This document shows, piece after piece, positions 50,186 through 62,107 of a stretch of DNA of 64,000 nucleotides. The stretch lies in contig JAQGDQ010000697.1 of assembly GCA_030141605.1 (NCBI GenBank), positions 1 through 64,000 of the forward strand, given 5' to 3'. Position 1 is the first letter of the stretch; each line of letters begins with the position of its first letter. Origin of the DNA: Tubiluchus corallicola (Eukaryota > Animalia > Priapulida). The position numbers and the translations under genes were made by a program. Under the pieces are notes generated by a model. That model searched no databases. It worked only from the letters and a program-made list of their open reading frames with translations, and had not been told where the DNA came from.

Positions 50186-53100
50186 GTAAGTAAAACATTT
50201 AAAGAATAAAAAGTACTTTGGGTTTGTAGTAATGCAAGCAGTAATAAAAGTACTTTGAGTTTGTAGTAATGCAAGCACTAATAAAAGTACTTTGGGTTTG
50301 TAGTAATGCAAGCACTAATAAAAGTACTTTGGGTTTGTAGTAATGCAAGCAGTAATAAAAGTACTTTGAGTTTGTAGTAATGCATGCACTAATAAAAGTA
50401 CTTTGAGTTTGTAGTAATGCAAGCACTAATAAAAATACTTTGGGTTTGTAGTAATGCAAGCAGTAATAAAAGTACTTTGAGTATGTAGTAATGCAAGCAG
50501 TAATAAAAGTACTTTGGGTTTGTAGTAATGCAAGCAGTAATAAAAGTACTTTGAGTTTGTAGTAATGCAAGCAGTAATAAAAGTACTTTGAGTTTGTAGT
50601 AATGCAAGCAGTAATAAAAGTACTTTGAGTTTGTAGTAATGCAAGCACTAATAAAAGTACTTTGAGTATGTAGTAATGCAAGCAGTAATAATAGTACTTT
50701 GGGTGCATAGTAATGCAAGCAGTAATAAAAGTACTTTGAGTTTGTAGTAATGCAAGCATTAATAAAAGTACTTTGAGTATGTAGTAATGCAAGCAGTAAT
50801 AAAAGTACTTTGGGTGCATAGTAATGCAAGCAGTAATAAAAGTACTTTGAGTATGTAGTAATGCAAGCAGTAATAAAAGTACTTTGAGTATGTAGTAATG
50901 CAAGCAGTAATAAAAGTACTTTGAGTTTGTAGTCATGCAAGCACTAATAAAAGTACTTTGAGTTTGTAGTAATGCAAGCAGTAATAAAAGTACTTAGAGT
51001 TTGTAGTAATGCAAGCAGAAATAAATGTACTTTGAGTTTGTAGTAATGCAAGCAGTAATAAAAGTACTTTGAGTTTGTAGTAATGCAAGCAGAAATAAAA
51101 GTACTTTGAGTTTGTAGTAATGCAAGCAGTAATAAAAGTACTTTGAGTTTGTAGTAATGCAAGCAGTAATAAAAGTACTTTGAGTTTGTAGTAATGCAAG
51201 CAGAAATAAAAGTACTTTGAGTTTGTAGTAATGCAAGCAGTAATAAAAGTACTTTGGGTTTGTAGTAATGCAAGCAGTAATAAAAGTACTTTGGGTTTTA
51301 GTAATGCAAGCAGTAATAAAAGTACTTTGAGTTTGTAGTAATGCAAGCAGTAATAAAAGTACTTTGGGTTTGTAGTAATGCAAGCAGTAATAAAAGTACT
51401 TTGAGTTTGTAGTAATGCAAGCAGAAATAAAAGTACTTTGAGTTTGTAGTAATGCAAGCACTAATAAAAGTACTTTGAGTATGTAGTAATGCAAGCAGTA
51501 ATAAAAGTACTTTGGGTGCATAGTAATTCAAGCAGTAATAAAAGTACTTTGAGTTTGTAGTAATGCAAGCATTAATAAAAGTACTTTGGGTGCATAGTAA
51601 TGCAAGCAGTAATAAAAGTACTTTGAGTATGTAGTAATGCAAGCACTAATAAAAGTACTTTGAGTATGTAGTAATGCAAGCAGTAATAAAAGTACTTTGG
51701 GTGCATAGTAATGCAAGCAGTAATAAAAGTACTTTGAGTATGTAGTAATGCAAGCAGTAATAAAAGTACTTTGAGTATGTAGTAATGCAAGCACTAATAA
51801 AAGTACTTTGAGTTTGTAGTAATGCAAGCAGAAATAAAAGTACTTTGAGTTTGTAGTAATGCAAGCAGTAATAAAAGTACTTTGGGTTTGTAGTAATGCA
51901 AGCAGTAATAAAAGTACTTTGGGTTTTAGTAATGCAAGCAGTAATAAAAGTACTTTGAGTTTGTAGTAATGCAAGCGGTAATAAAAGTACTTTGAGTTTG
52001 TAGTAATGCAAGCACTAATAAAAGTACTTTAGGTTTGTAGTAATGCCAGCACTAATAAAAGTACTTTGAGTTTGTAGTAATGCAAGCAGTAATAAAAGTA
52101 CTTTCAGTTTGTAGTAATGCAAGCAGTAATAAAAGTACTTTGAGTTTGTAGTAATGAAAGCAGTAATAAAAGTACTTTGAGTTTGTAGTAATGCAAGCAG
52201 TAATAAAAGTACTTTCAGTTTGTAGTAATGCAAGCAGTAATAAAAGTACTTTGAGTTTGTAGTAATGCAAGCAGTAATAAAAGTACTTTGAGTTTGTAGT
52301 AATGAAAGCAGTAATAAAAGTACTTTGAGTTTGTAGTAATGCAAGCAGTAATAAAAGTACTTTGGGTTTGTAGTAATGCAAGCAGTAATAAAAGTACTTT
52401 GGGTTTTAGTAATGCAAGCAGTAATAAAAGTACTTTGAGTTTGTAGTAATGCAAGCAGTAATAAAAGTACTTAGGGTTTGTAGTAATGAAAGCAGTAATA
52501 AAAGTACTTTGAGTTTGTAGTAATGCCAGCACTAATAAAAGTACTTTGGGTTTGTAGTAATGCCAGCACTAATAAAAGTACTTTGAGTTTGTAGTAATGC
52601 AAGCAGTAATAAAAGTACTTTGAGTTTGTAGTAATGAAAGCACTAATAAAAGTACTTTGAGTTTGTAGTAATGCAAGCAGTAATAAAAGTACTTTGAGTT
52701 TGTAGTAATGCAAGCAGTAATAAAACTAAGTTCATTATTATAAATATGCAGTTTACAAAATGAAATGTGTCATGACTGTGTGTTCGTAATTTGCTTTTTA
52801 TTACAGTGGTTACAAGCTGGTCTCACTACCATTTCCAGTAGGCACTTTTGGTGCAACCCTTTCTCTTCGTAATACTTCTAATGTTTTCAGCCATTGCTTT
52901 CAGCTTGGCAACTTTTTGTTTTTTTCTTTTATCTATTTCTCTGGATCGACTCCATATTTCCTTCTTAGCTACATCGCTTGTGACATGCACTCATTTAATT
53001 CAATAAGTTTATTGACATGATCGTTATATGTATATAATGTTTTATGTTATATAGATGCAAACAAGTATATAATTCAATTTTATTATTTTTGATTAGTGAT

Positions 53101-56100
53101 CGTCAGCTATAGTTTTTGGCTATAGGTTATAAAAGGCTGCAGATGGCACTAAACAAGTACTCCTTTAGTAACCTGTCATTTGCCTGCTGCTTCTTGAGTT
53201 AGAACTTAAAGTACTTAGAGATACATAGTAGTATTGGTTCTAAAAGTTACCACCAGGTTAGAATGATTATAACAGGTTGGCCGGATTCTTATTTCTAGAC
53301 AAGCAGATCATATCTTTTTTAGTTCAGGCAAATGTTTTACATGGTCAACAAAAATCTGAAAATTCATTTGTAGGCCTGTTGGTAATGGGACCAAAAACTT
53401 TCTTATTAAGATTTTGCTATAGCAAAACTTTCTGTTTTCATTGAGTTATTTATTTATTTATTTTCCGCCAATTTAACGCTTAGTAACTCCTAAGTCTTGC
53501 AAGCTAGGGTCACCGAACTCGCAGGGTTGATACACAACTGTATAGCAACTGCTGACCAATGGTCAAGGGGGAAGGACAGTGGGTGTTGGTCAATTTTTCC
53601 TTTATGATTCAACTCCGCTAGGGCTTTCGTTTTTTTCCAAATTTTTTTTCACAAGTATTTGGGTATTGTGGGGTAGATGTGCACCTGGGGTTTTAAAAAG
53701 CTGGTAAGATTTGGGGTCCCCCAATTTGTGACCTTTTACACGCTGAGTGCTAGGGACACAAAACTCACAGGGTACACTCTCTGGCAAAAGTTATATACGT
53801 ATACGCGTGACCTGAGTCGCTGGGTCAAAGGTCACGGAGTGGTCGAGTCTTCGTTTATTTCTCTTTAGAATGCATAATTTTTGAGCTAGGGCGACAATAT
53901 TTGGCATGTGGTTAAGTGGAGCCAAGTTGTTGGATATGGCAAAATATGGGTAATTTGGAGGGGTGAAAAATTTTCCACTAGGGGGCAAAAACCGAAAAAT
54001 GGGGGTCGTGAACAGAAATGCATCGAGTGTCTATGAATACTACCATGTAGAACATCAAATAAAAGGTCTTGATGAGGCGAATCGAATGGTGTCAATTACA
54101 GTGGGAATCCTTAACCTGTGACCCAGTTAGGGGCAAAATAGGGGTCGAAGAGACAAATGCTTCCATGGTCTACCAAAAGCAGGTTGTTGTTATCAAATGA
54201 AAGGCCTCAATGAGACAAACTGAATGACTTAAGTTATGCCAAGGTTGTTGACCTTTGACCCGTGGGTGATGGGCTGAAGAGTTAAATGCTGAGGCTTCAT
54301 TGTGAAATGCACTTTCCATGTATTCAAGCAATTCAATAAAAGAAAAGAGCATTTTTTAAAAAAGGCTGTCATCTCTTCATTTTTAAAGCTGAATTTTACA
54401 ACTATTGTTTGCAAAATCTTCAGTTTCTGACCACTTCAGAAACATTGTTAGCTGGTTTATTTCCTTTCTATAACGAAAAGTCCTGTTATATAATTCATGT
54501 TTCCACAGAAATGTTCTTATTAGATTAAATACAGGCATTAGGTGAACCTTGCCTTAGTCACTTACCTTATCTTAGGTGTGACTGTCTCTAACTTAATCAC
54601 GTTTGTCAGCTTGAGACTTGATGTCAACATGAGCTTCAATACATATAAGTTAAAATTTCCAAACCTGTGATTACTTGGTTAAACGCTTGATTTGCAGGTG
54701 TGCAGGATGAAACGCAAGCAACACCATTTGAACAAGAACCCGAGGATGTTGTTGCTCTTCCTGGAGATGATGTTGTGCTAACATGTGTGATAGAGAGCAA
54801 TTATGTCCACAATGGTCACGGTGTTCTCTGGTTTCTTAATGGCAATCTGCAAGACATAGATGGTGAAAACTTCACGTATCTTGACATTGATGCTCCTACC
54901 AGTGGAGACTGGAGTATAAACGTTGTGAATATAAATGTAAATCAACGGGATGGTTCATATCTCTGCCAGTATAGGCCATTTCAAGGCCAGGTGGAAAACG
55001 CACGTGAAGTAGAAGTTACTGTTGTTGGTAAGTATGTAAGACATTCTTAGTTACTTTTAATACTTTTGCTGAGTATTTTATTCAGAGCTTCTGATCTTTT
55101 GTGATCATGGAAAATGGACAGAATTCACATGGGCAACTGAAACAGCTGCGAAAAACAGAATTAGTCTGATTTAGTTTTCATTATTTATTCACTTAATTGT
55201 TGCTTAATTAATTCATTCATACTTGACTTAGTGTGTATAATATAGTAATTTTTGTGTAGAAACGTTATCTCTGACGTGTTACTAGGAAATATTTGAAATT
55301 TTTGTTTATAAACTAATTTAAAGTCGTAATTATAATAGTTCCAGCAACTATCAGTATGCTGCTGAATGATGTGCTACATGTGAAACCCTCGATTACAGTT
55401 GGAGCAGAAGACATCTCTAATCAGCTCAAATGTGAAGCCATAAGCAACTGCAAAGTTCTGCCAACCATAAGTTGGTTTATTGGTAATATCTTTCTAATTA
55501 TTATATACTTTAATGATCTATGTAACTTATTCTGTTTTGATATAAATTAATCATATAATATCATCATCATCATCATCATCACCACCTGACTAAGTTACTG
55601 CTTACATCAACACACACGCCATGCCAGCTTTTATCATATCCTTGTCACCAGCACCACCACTACTACAGTAGCCCTTACTTAAACTATATTAGAATATTTT
55701 TAAATAGATTATCGTTGACATAAAGGTAATATTAAGTGTACATTAGGTGCATTAAATCAAAGACCTATATATATGTCACATATTTTCTTGTTATCATCAG
55801 GTTATAATTTATATTACATGCAGGTTCAGCTCCTGTCAACTCTCGTTCAGAAACTATGCTGGATCTAAACACCAATTTTACTAATGTTGTGAGCACAATG
55901 GATGGTTATTCATTTAAACCTGAAGATAATGGAAAGCAGCTGACCTGTCAAGTTTTTATACATGACATTTTGTCAAAACAGTTTATTAACAGGACACTAA
56001 ATGTACAATGTAAGTTAAATTTTTAGTAATCTATCTTACTGCTAGATGTGAGTAAAATATTCAGACAGAGTGTCCATGTTACAACAACCACATTAATAAC

Positions 56101-58169
56101 ACGTTTTAAACACTGTGTATTGAAGAAGTGTATGTAGCATGCTGCAAATGACCTTGATGGGTCTGGGTCTTTTAGAATGAAAAAGTGAAGTAAAATTGAA
56201 CAATAAATAAAAGTAACATTAAAATCAAAATTATTGTTAATGATGTTACAAATCCACAATTTTTTAGTTTTGATGCCCAGGCTTTTCCTTTTTTCTTTGA
56301 CTCTCTTTCTCTTTACCCTCTTTCCCTGTATCTCTCCTTCTGTCTTGTCTTGCATTCCTGCTATATTAGGAGATTCGTTTTTGATACAGATATTACATCT
56401 GTTACCGTGAAATTGCCTAACGGAGATGATACTAAGATTACAGTTGGCAGTGGCTTTGAGCTGATTTGTGATGCAAATGGGAACCCAGAACCTTCTTATC
56501 AGTGGAGTGGTCCTAATTTGTCAAGTGGAAACACCGGCAAAAAAGTTACGAAGAAAAATGCGGAATTAGTTGATGGAGGGACATACACTTGTACAGCTAG
56601 GAATGCTGTTGGAGAGAGAAAAGGCAGCTTAACTATAAAAATTGTAAAGGAAGGTGGCAAAGAAGAAAACGGTGATAAAAATGGTGGTGGGGGATCTGGA
56701 GATGAAGATAATGGTGAGTGCATTGATTAAGGACCTAAGAGAATTAACCTTGCTAAAACACAGAAATGGTTGTTAGTTATGTAATAGTTTTGTTTCTGTT
56801 ACCGGAGTGTCGTACATTTTCATTTGCGATTGATGATTGAAAGTACTACTACCAATAATTAGACATGTGCTGGCACCTACATTTAAAATTGTTCATTTTT
56901 GTAGCTTAATTTAAGTTCAATGCAGAGAAAAAGAGTGAGATTGAATTATTTTATATTAATTAATTAATTATGCACATCATATAATCAATAAGCACAACAA
57001 ATTGTTTAACATTAAGTCCGTGCTTATACAATGTTGTAATATTAAGCACACTTGTTGTAATTAATGGTCAATGACATCAGCTGCCCTTTTTCCTAGAATC
57101 AATGTTAACAGCTGCGTCAGGGCAATGACTTCATAGTAAGAGCAATGACCAGCTGCACACAGTTCTTAGAAACTGTTACAGGGCAATGCCTCACTGTGCT
57201 CATTTCCCTATTTCCTGGAAACAGTTATGACCAGATGTGTTCATTTCCCTATTTCCTGGATACAGTAAGGACCAGATGTGCTCATTTCCCTATTTCCGGG
57301 AAACGGTTATGACCAGATGTGCTTACTTCCTAGAAATAACCAAAAACCTGCATCCACTTCTTGGAAACAATCACGCCAGGGCAATGACTCACTGTGCTCT
57401 TTCCTCACTTCTAGGAAACAATTGCGTCAGGGCAATGGCTTCCTAGAAAGGGCAATGACCAGTTGCACAAAGTTCTTAGAAACTGTTACAGGACAATGAC
57501 TCACTGTACTCATTTCCGTGTGTCCTGGATACAGTTATGACCAGTCATGCTTACTTCCTAGAAATAGCCTTTAACACCTGCATCCAGTTCTTGGAAACAG
57601 TCGCATCAGGGCAATGACTCACTTCTAGGAAACACCCTAGCAGCTGCATAGTCCGGCCTATACAGGCAATTAGCAACAAAATGCTCTGACCAATAAGACT
57701 CAAGCTGACCACTGACCAGAACTTGGTTGACAGTATTCCTTTCAGATTATTACAATTTTTTAAATTTTTTTTTAAACAAAGGGAGAATGAATGATGTTAC
57801 GCAAAATATTTCTAAGAATTTTTTGATAAATCATAACCATAATAATATGTTGATAATGCAAAGAATTTTAACCTTGCAATTAAAATTAGCTTCGATGTAT
57901 ATTGATTATTAACGTTGTACTGCATTTTAAGTTTATTGATTCTAGCACTATGCATTTGGGAGTTAACAGGAATTAAATAGTTGAAAATTGAATGCCTAAC
58001 ATCATGATGAAAAACCAGCATAAGGGGTGTAGCTCCTACATCTATGACTTTAGTCACAAGCACTAATGTTCTTTATTTTGTTTCAGGGCAAAATGGTTGC
58101 AATTTTCCGAGAAAGTTCTTGTTTGGACACGTTGTTATTCTCACTGTTATTGTTTATTTTGTTAGATGA
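50134..58169 (+). CDS. Gene C: 3-Ig (V, C2, I) protein with Gly/acidic spacer and predicted GPI-anchor signal, 372 aa
   Basis: join 50134-50185, 54698-55027, 55339-55482, 55824-56009, 56390-56713, 58087-58169 = 1119 nt open frame; same exon layout as exons 1-5 of A/B. An alternative in-frame exon 3 acceptor gives a start at 55345. Confidence 0.85.
50205..52726. repeat. 37-bp minisatellite, about 68 copies, in gene C intron 1
   Basis: Consensus AATAAAAGTACTTTGAGTTTGTAGTAATGCAAGCAGT with interspersed variants. Confidence 0.97.
53403..54449 (+). mobile_element. Helentron-associated (HINE/DINE-like) element in gene C intron 1
   Basis: 5' AAGATTTTGC-tata-GCAAAA, 3' GCAAAATCTT followed by hairpin GTTTCTGA-ccact-TCAGAAAC; GC-richer than the flanks. 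Confidence 0.6.
54698..55027 (+). CDS. Gene C exon 2, V-like Ig D1
   Basis: FEQEPEDV..PGDDVVLTC...W...NQRDGSYLC; TTGCAG/GTAAGT; 330 nt. Confidence 0.9.
55339..55482 (+). CDS. Gene C exon 3, first half of D2
   Basis: LKCEAISNCKVLPTISWFI aligns to FKCGAQGGNLKPVISWFV. Confidence 0.78.
55824..56009 (+). CDS. Gene C exon 4, second half of D2
   Basis: FKPEDNGKQLTCQV...FINRTLNVQ; TGCAG/GTAAGT. Confidence 0.85.
56390..56713 (+). CDS. Gene C exon 5, I-set D3 plus Gly/acidic linker
   Basis: LICDANGNPEPSYQW...DGGTYTCTARNAVG...KNGGGGSGDEDN; TACAG/GTGAGT. Confidence 0.88.
58087..58169 (+). CDS. Gene C terminal exon 6a, GPI-signal-like
   Basis: TTTCAG acceptor; GQNGCNFPRKFLFGHVVILTVIVYFVR*. Confidence 0.78.
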
Positions 58170-58944
58170 GTCAGAATTTATGCTTAAACTTAAATGTATG
58201 TGATTTTAAAACTTTTGCATATTGTGTAAATATTTTTATCATTGTATGGAATATAATCATATAATCAATAAGCACAACAAATTGTTTAACATTAAGTCCG
58301 TGCTTATACAATGTTGTAATATTAAGCACACTTGTTGTAATTAATGGTCAATGACATCAGCTGCCCTTTTTCCTAGAATCAATGTTAACAGCTGCGTCAG
58401 GCCAATGACTTCCTAGAAAGAGCACTGTGCTCATTTCCCTGTTTCCTGGAAACAGTTATGACCAGATGTGCTCATTTCCCTACTTCCTGGATACAGTTAT
58501 GACCAGATGTGCTCATTTCCCTACTTCCTGGATACAGTTATGACCAGATATGCTTACTTTCTAGAAATAACCGAAATCACCTGCATCCACTTCTTGGCTT
58601 GGTTGACAGCATTCCTTTCAGATTATTACAATTTTTCAATTTTTTTAAACAAAGAGTGAACGAATTATGTAAAGTATTTCTAAGAATATTTTGATAAATC
58701 ATAACCATTATACTATGTTGATAATGCAAAAAATTAAGCTTCGATGTATATTGATTATTAATGGTGCACTTGTCCCGGGACCTACATTTTAAGTTTATTG
58801 ATTCTCTATGCATTTGGGAGTTAAGAAGAATTAAATAGTTGAAAATTGAATGCCTAACATCATGATGAAAAACCAGCATAAGGGCTGTAGCTCCTACATC
58901 TATGACTTTAGTCACAAGCACTAACGTTCTTTATTTTGTTTCAG

Positions 58945-59027
58945 AGCAAAATGGTAGCAATTTTCCGAGAAAGTTCTTGTTTGGACACGTTGTTATTCTC
59001 ACTGTTATTGTTTATTTTGTTAGATAA
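58945..59027 (+). CDS. Gene C duplicate terminal exon 6b, GPI-signal-like
   Basis: TTTCAG acceptor; EQNGSNFPRKFLFGHVVILTVIVYFVR*; AATAAA at 59361. Confidence 0.7.
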
Positions 59028-59874
59028 GTCAGAATTTATGCTTAAACTAAAATGTATGTGATTTTAAAACTTTGTGTATTGTGTAAATATTTTTATCATT
59101 GTATGGAAATAGTTGCCCTGTGTCTGTACAAAATAGGCCTATCTTACCTTAGTCAGTTTAAGTCTGAGGTTAAATTATAATAAGATATAGTTGTGGTTTC
59201 TTCCATCAATGTCCAGCCAAGCAAAATTTATTAACTTGTTTGTAGCTGTTGTTGTACTCTCTAAATTTTTGTTTACAGTAAATTTGGTTTCTGAACTTAT
59301 GTGCACATTTCAAGGTAAATTAAATTTAATGAATTTTAGTTTTATTACATGTGTCTTTTGAATAAAAATTTTAATGTGATTTTGTTTTTGAATTATGATT
59401 ATGAGAATTGGGTGCAAAGATCATCATTTTAATAATGGCTGTTACAGTATGAACAGTGATGAACTAAAGTAGTGTATTATAGTTGTACAGAAAATTAATA
59501 TCTGAAAGAAAACTTTCTACTGAGTATGCTACCCACACGTAGCTAAAACAATAACGTATATATCTAAGCTTTTCGCCGAGTGACGAATATTACTTTCGTT
59601 ACTTTGACAAAGGTTTACAACACACCATCATGCGCTTCTAAATGAAGTAAGATCATGTCACACAAATTAAATGAGAAATTACTTAAATGGTAGCGGCTTC
59701 GACAGTAAAGCAGCATAACATGTTCATCCTCTTTGTACACGGTTTTTTGTTTATAAAGTGACATTTGAAGCAAGGTGGCAGTAGTGCTGCACAAAGTTGA
59801 TAATCTCTACTATGCGATGGCCTCTTCAGTCGTTTAACTATTAATTAGTTTTTGCAAATTTACTGTGAGTTGTT

Positions 59875-60245
59875 GTCACATTTCACTCGATGATTGCAGA
59901 GACCTACGCGAACAGAGCAAGATCTTCCAAGGTTAGTGCACTGAAATACTGAAGCATCTTTGGTACGATTCTTCCTTCTTTGACTCTTCTCTTCCCATAG
60001 TAGCTGAAGCCTATCTTCGTTGTGCTTCACCCCATCAAACACTGGCATCCACCAAGTTTCCCCCAGAGCAAGATCTTCGAAGGTTAGTGCACTGAAATGC
60101 TGAAGCATCTTTAGTACGATTCTTTCTTCTTTGACGCCTCTCTTCCCATAGTAGCTGAAGCCTATCTTCGTTGTGCTTCACCCCATGAAACAATGGCATC
60201 TGCCAAGTTTCCCTGTCCGAGGTTGCTATTTCCAGGTTTTGGCAA
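59875..60245 (-). mobile_element. RTE/BovB-like LINE 3' fragment with a 151-bp internal tandem duplication
   Basis: DRETW...GVKHNE...RRK...FQCTNLGRSCSVRVGLCNH resembles an RTE C-terminal Zn-finger region; AGAGCAAGATCTT at 59914 and 60065. Confidence 0.55.
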
Positions 60246-60441
60246 TTACGTACAATGAACGACAGCAAAGTTTTATTTAGTATGACTTAAATATCTGATA
60301 TGGTGGTCCCATTGATAGGCTACGTTGTTTTGGTTCAATTACTGTTACCATCTTTATTATTACAATTTGAAATAATAATAATTCAAATAAACAATCTACG
60401 CTTTCTACAATCATACTTGATATTGTAGCTAATGCTCCTGG

Positions 60442-60590
60442 CAGCACTAACAGCAACAACACAAACAGCAACAAGAGCAGCAGCAACAGCAGCACTAACA
60501 GCAATAACAACAGCACTAACAGCAACAACAACAGCAGCGACAACAACAACAGCAACGACAACAACAACAACAGCAGCAGTAGCAGCAACA
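60442..60590. repeat. (CAA/CAG)n trinucleotide repeat between two direct repeats of about 140 bp
   Basis: CAR run; 60273-60415 resembles 60608-60750. Confidence 0.85.
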
Positions 60591-62107
60591 TAGTATGACA
60601 TAGTATGTTTATTTAGTATGACTTAAGCATCTGATATGGCGGTCTCATTGATAGTCTTTCTTGTTTCAGTTTAGTTACTGTTACCATCTTTATTATTTCA
60701 ATTTGAAATAATAATAATTCAAATAAACAATCTACACTTTCTACAATCATTACAGCTTTAATTAGACAAAATCAGACAATTAAAAAAAAAATAGGTAAAA
60801 TATTTTCTGGAAAACTTCACATGCAGTTTAATTCCATGTAAAGCTTGATGCTGTTTGACTTCCATCACTAAGAATGCACAAGAGCTATTCAGTATTAAAC
60901 TGCTTCTGCTCTCTGGATGCTCTATTAATAAAATAAGTTCTTTCTTGTTCTTCGTTTTTTTCTCTATTTATCTTGTTTATTCTGTGTACACTTGTTTATC
61001 TGTTTGTTTTAGTTCTCATCTGTTTAGCTGTTTTTTTATTGATTCATTTGTGTCTGACTTAATCGTAACATTTGTGCACATTTCTGACATGTATCTGGAA
61101 GAGAACCGGAAATCTATGCACATATTCAATTTGGCCATAATAATACGGTTCAATATTCCAACGAAGTGAACAAAAATGTGAACCCAAGTGTCAAAAATAA
61201 TGGAATTGTAATTTCAAAAGTGGAAGAAACATGGAAATACGTCTTTATACAGGGTGTGTAGAAATCAGATCTGATGCTATTGGAAATTTTGAAATTTAGT
61301 GAGTAGGTTATTATGTAGTTATATATTTTGATAATATAAGTCACCTTAGAGATAAGCATATATGTAACTCTTGGTTTAGAATATTGTTATTGTAGAATTA
61401 AGGTTTTGTTGAAACTGGCATGCTGTAAAACATTCTAAAATCTGGAAACTGGATTATAATTATATATTATATATTTTTCTAAATGTAAGTAACCCAAAAG
61501 ATAGGCATATTGTTTTACTCTCGGATTAGAATATTGATATTGTGTGAGTCGTCAGAATTAAAATGAACCTGAAATAACAGAAATGATGTTCCAGTTTCTC
61601 CTGGTGATTTCCCACATTGCCTGGAGCAAAAAAGCGAAAAAATAGCAGATGACAAATCGCCGTGCTTGTAAATTCGGATAATACGTCTTGCTTGACAAAA
61701 GTTTTAAAACTGTAAATACAAGAACACAGATTAGAATGTCGTGATAATTATTATGACAAAAGGTTAGTATACTGTTCACATCTTGATTAATATGCTTTTA
61801 GATCATTCCTGTAATAAAGTCGCATGTTACTCACAGACCTCTCAACCATGTCAGCTGTTACTGTTACTAAAACCTAGAAGACCTCGCTGCTATTTCATGT
61901 AGACCTCTCAACTATGCAAATTGTTACTGTTAGTGTTACTAAAATCTAGGAGGCCTCGTTGCTATTTGATGGCTATTCTTCGAGTTTGCAGTGAAGTATT
62001 GTATGGGCGTGATGGCGGTCTTAGAATTTAATTATAATCACAAGGTTTTTATTATTTTAGCAACCAAAACGTAAAGAGACATTAGAAAGCCTGCTTGAAT
62101 CTGCAAA

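Larger units (their letters stand above)
56976..59107. repeat. Tandem duplication of the gene C last intron and terminal exon, containing a degenerate array of about 40 bp
   Basis: 56976-58251 vs 58256-59107; CTCATTTCCCTA.TTCCTGGA.ACAGTTATGACCAGATGTG units at 57190-57330 and 58425-58560. Confidence 0.9.

Noticed and set aside
50199-52713. Many overlapping ORFs (HYYKLKVLLLLLALLQTQSTF...) and a CRISPR-like 37-nt period
   Set aside because: Translations of a 37-bp tandem repeat; units are contiguous with no unique spacers, no cas genes, and the DNA is eukaryotic intron
54704-54708. Second acceptor TGCAG 8 nt into gene C exon 2
   Set aside because: Use would create an immediate TGA; the upstream AG (54696-97) keeps the frame
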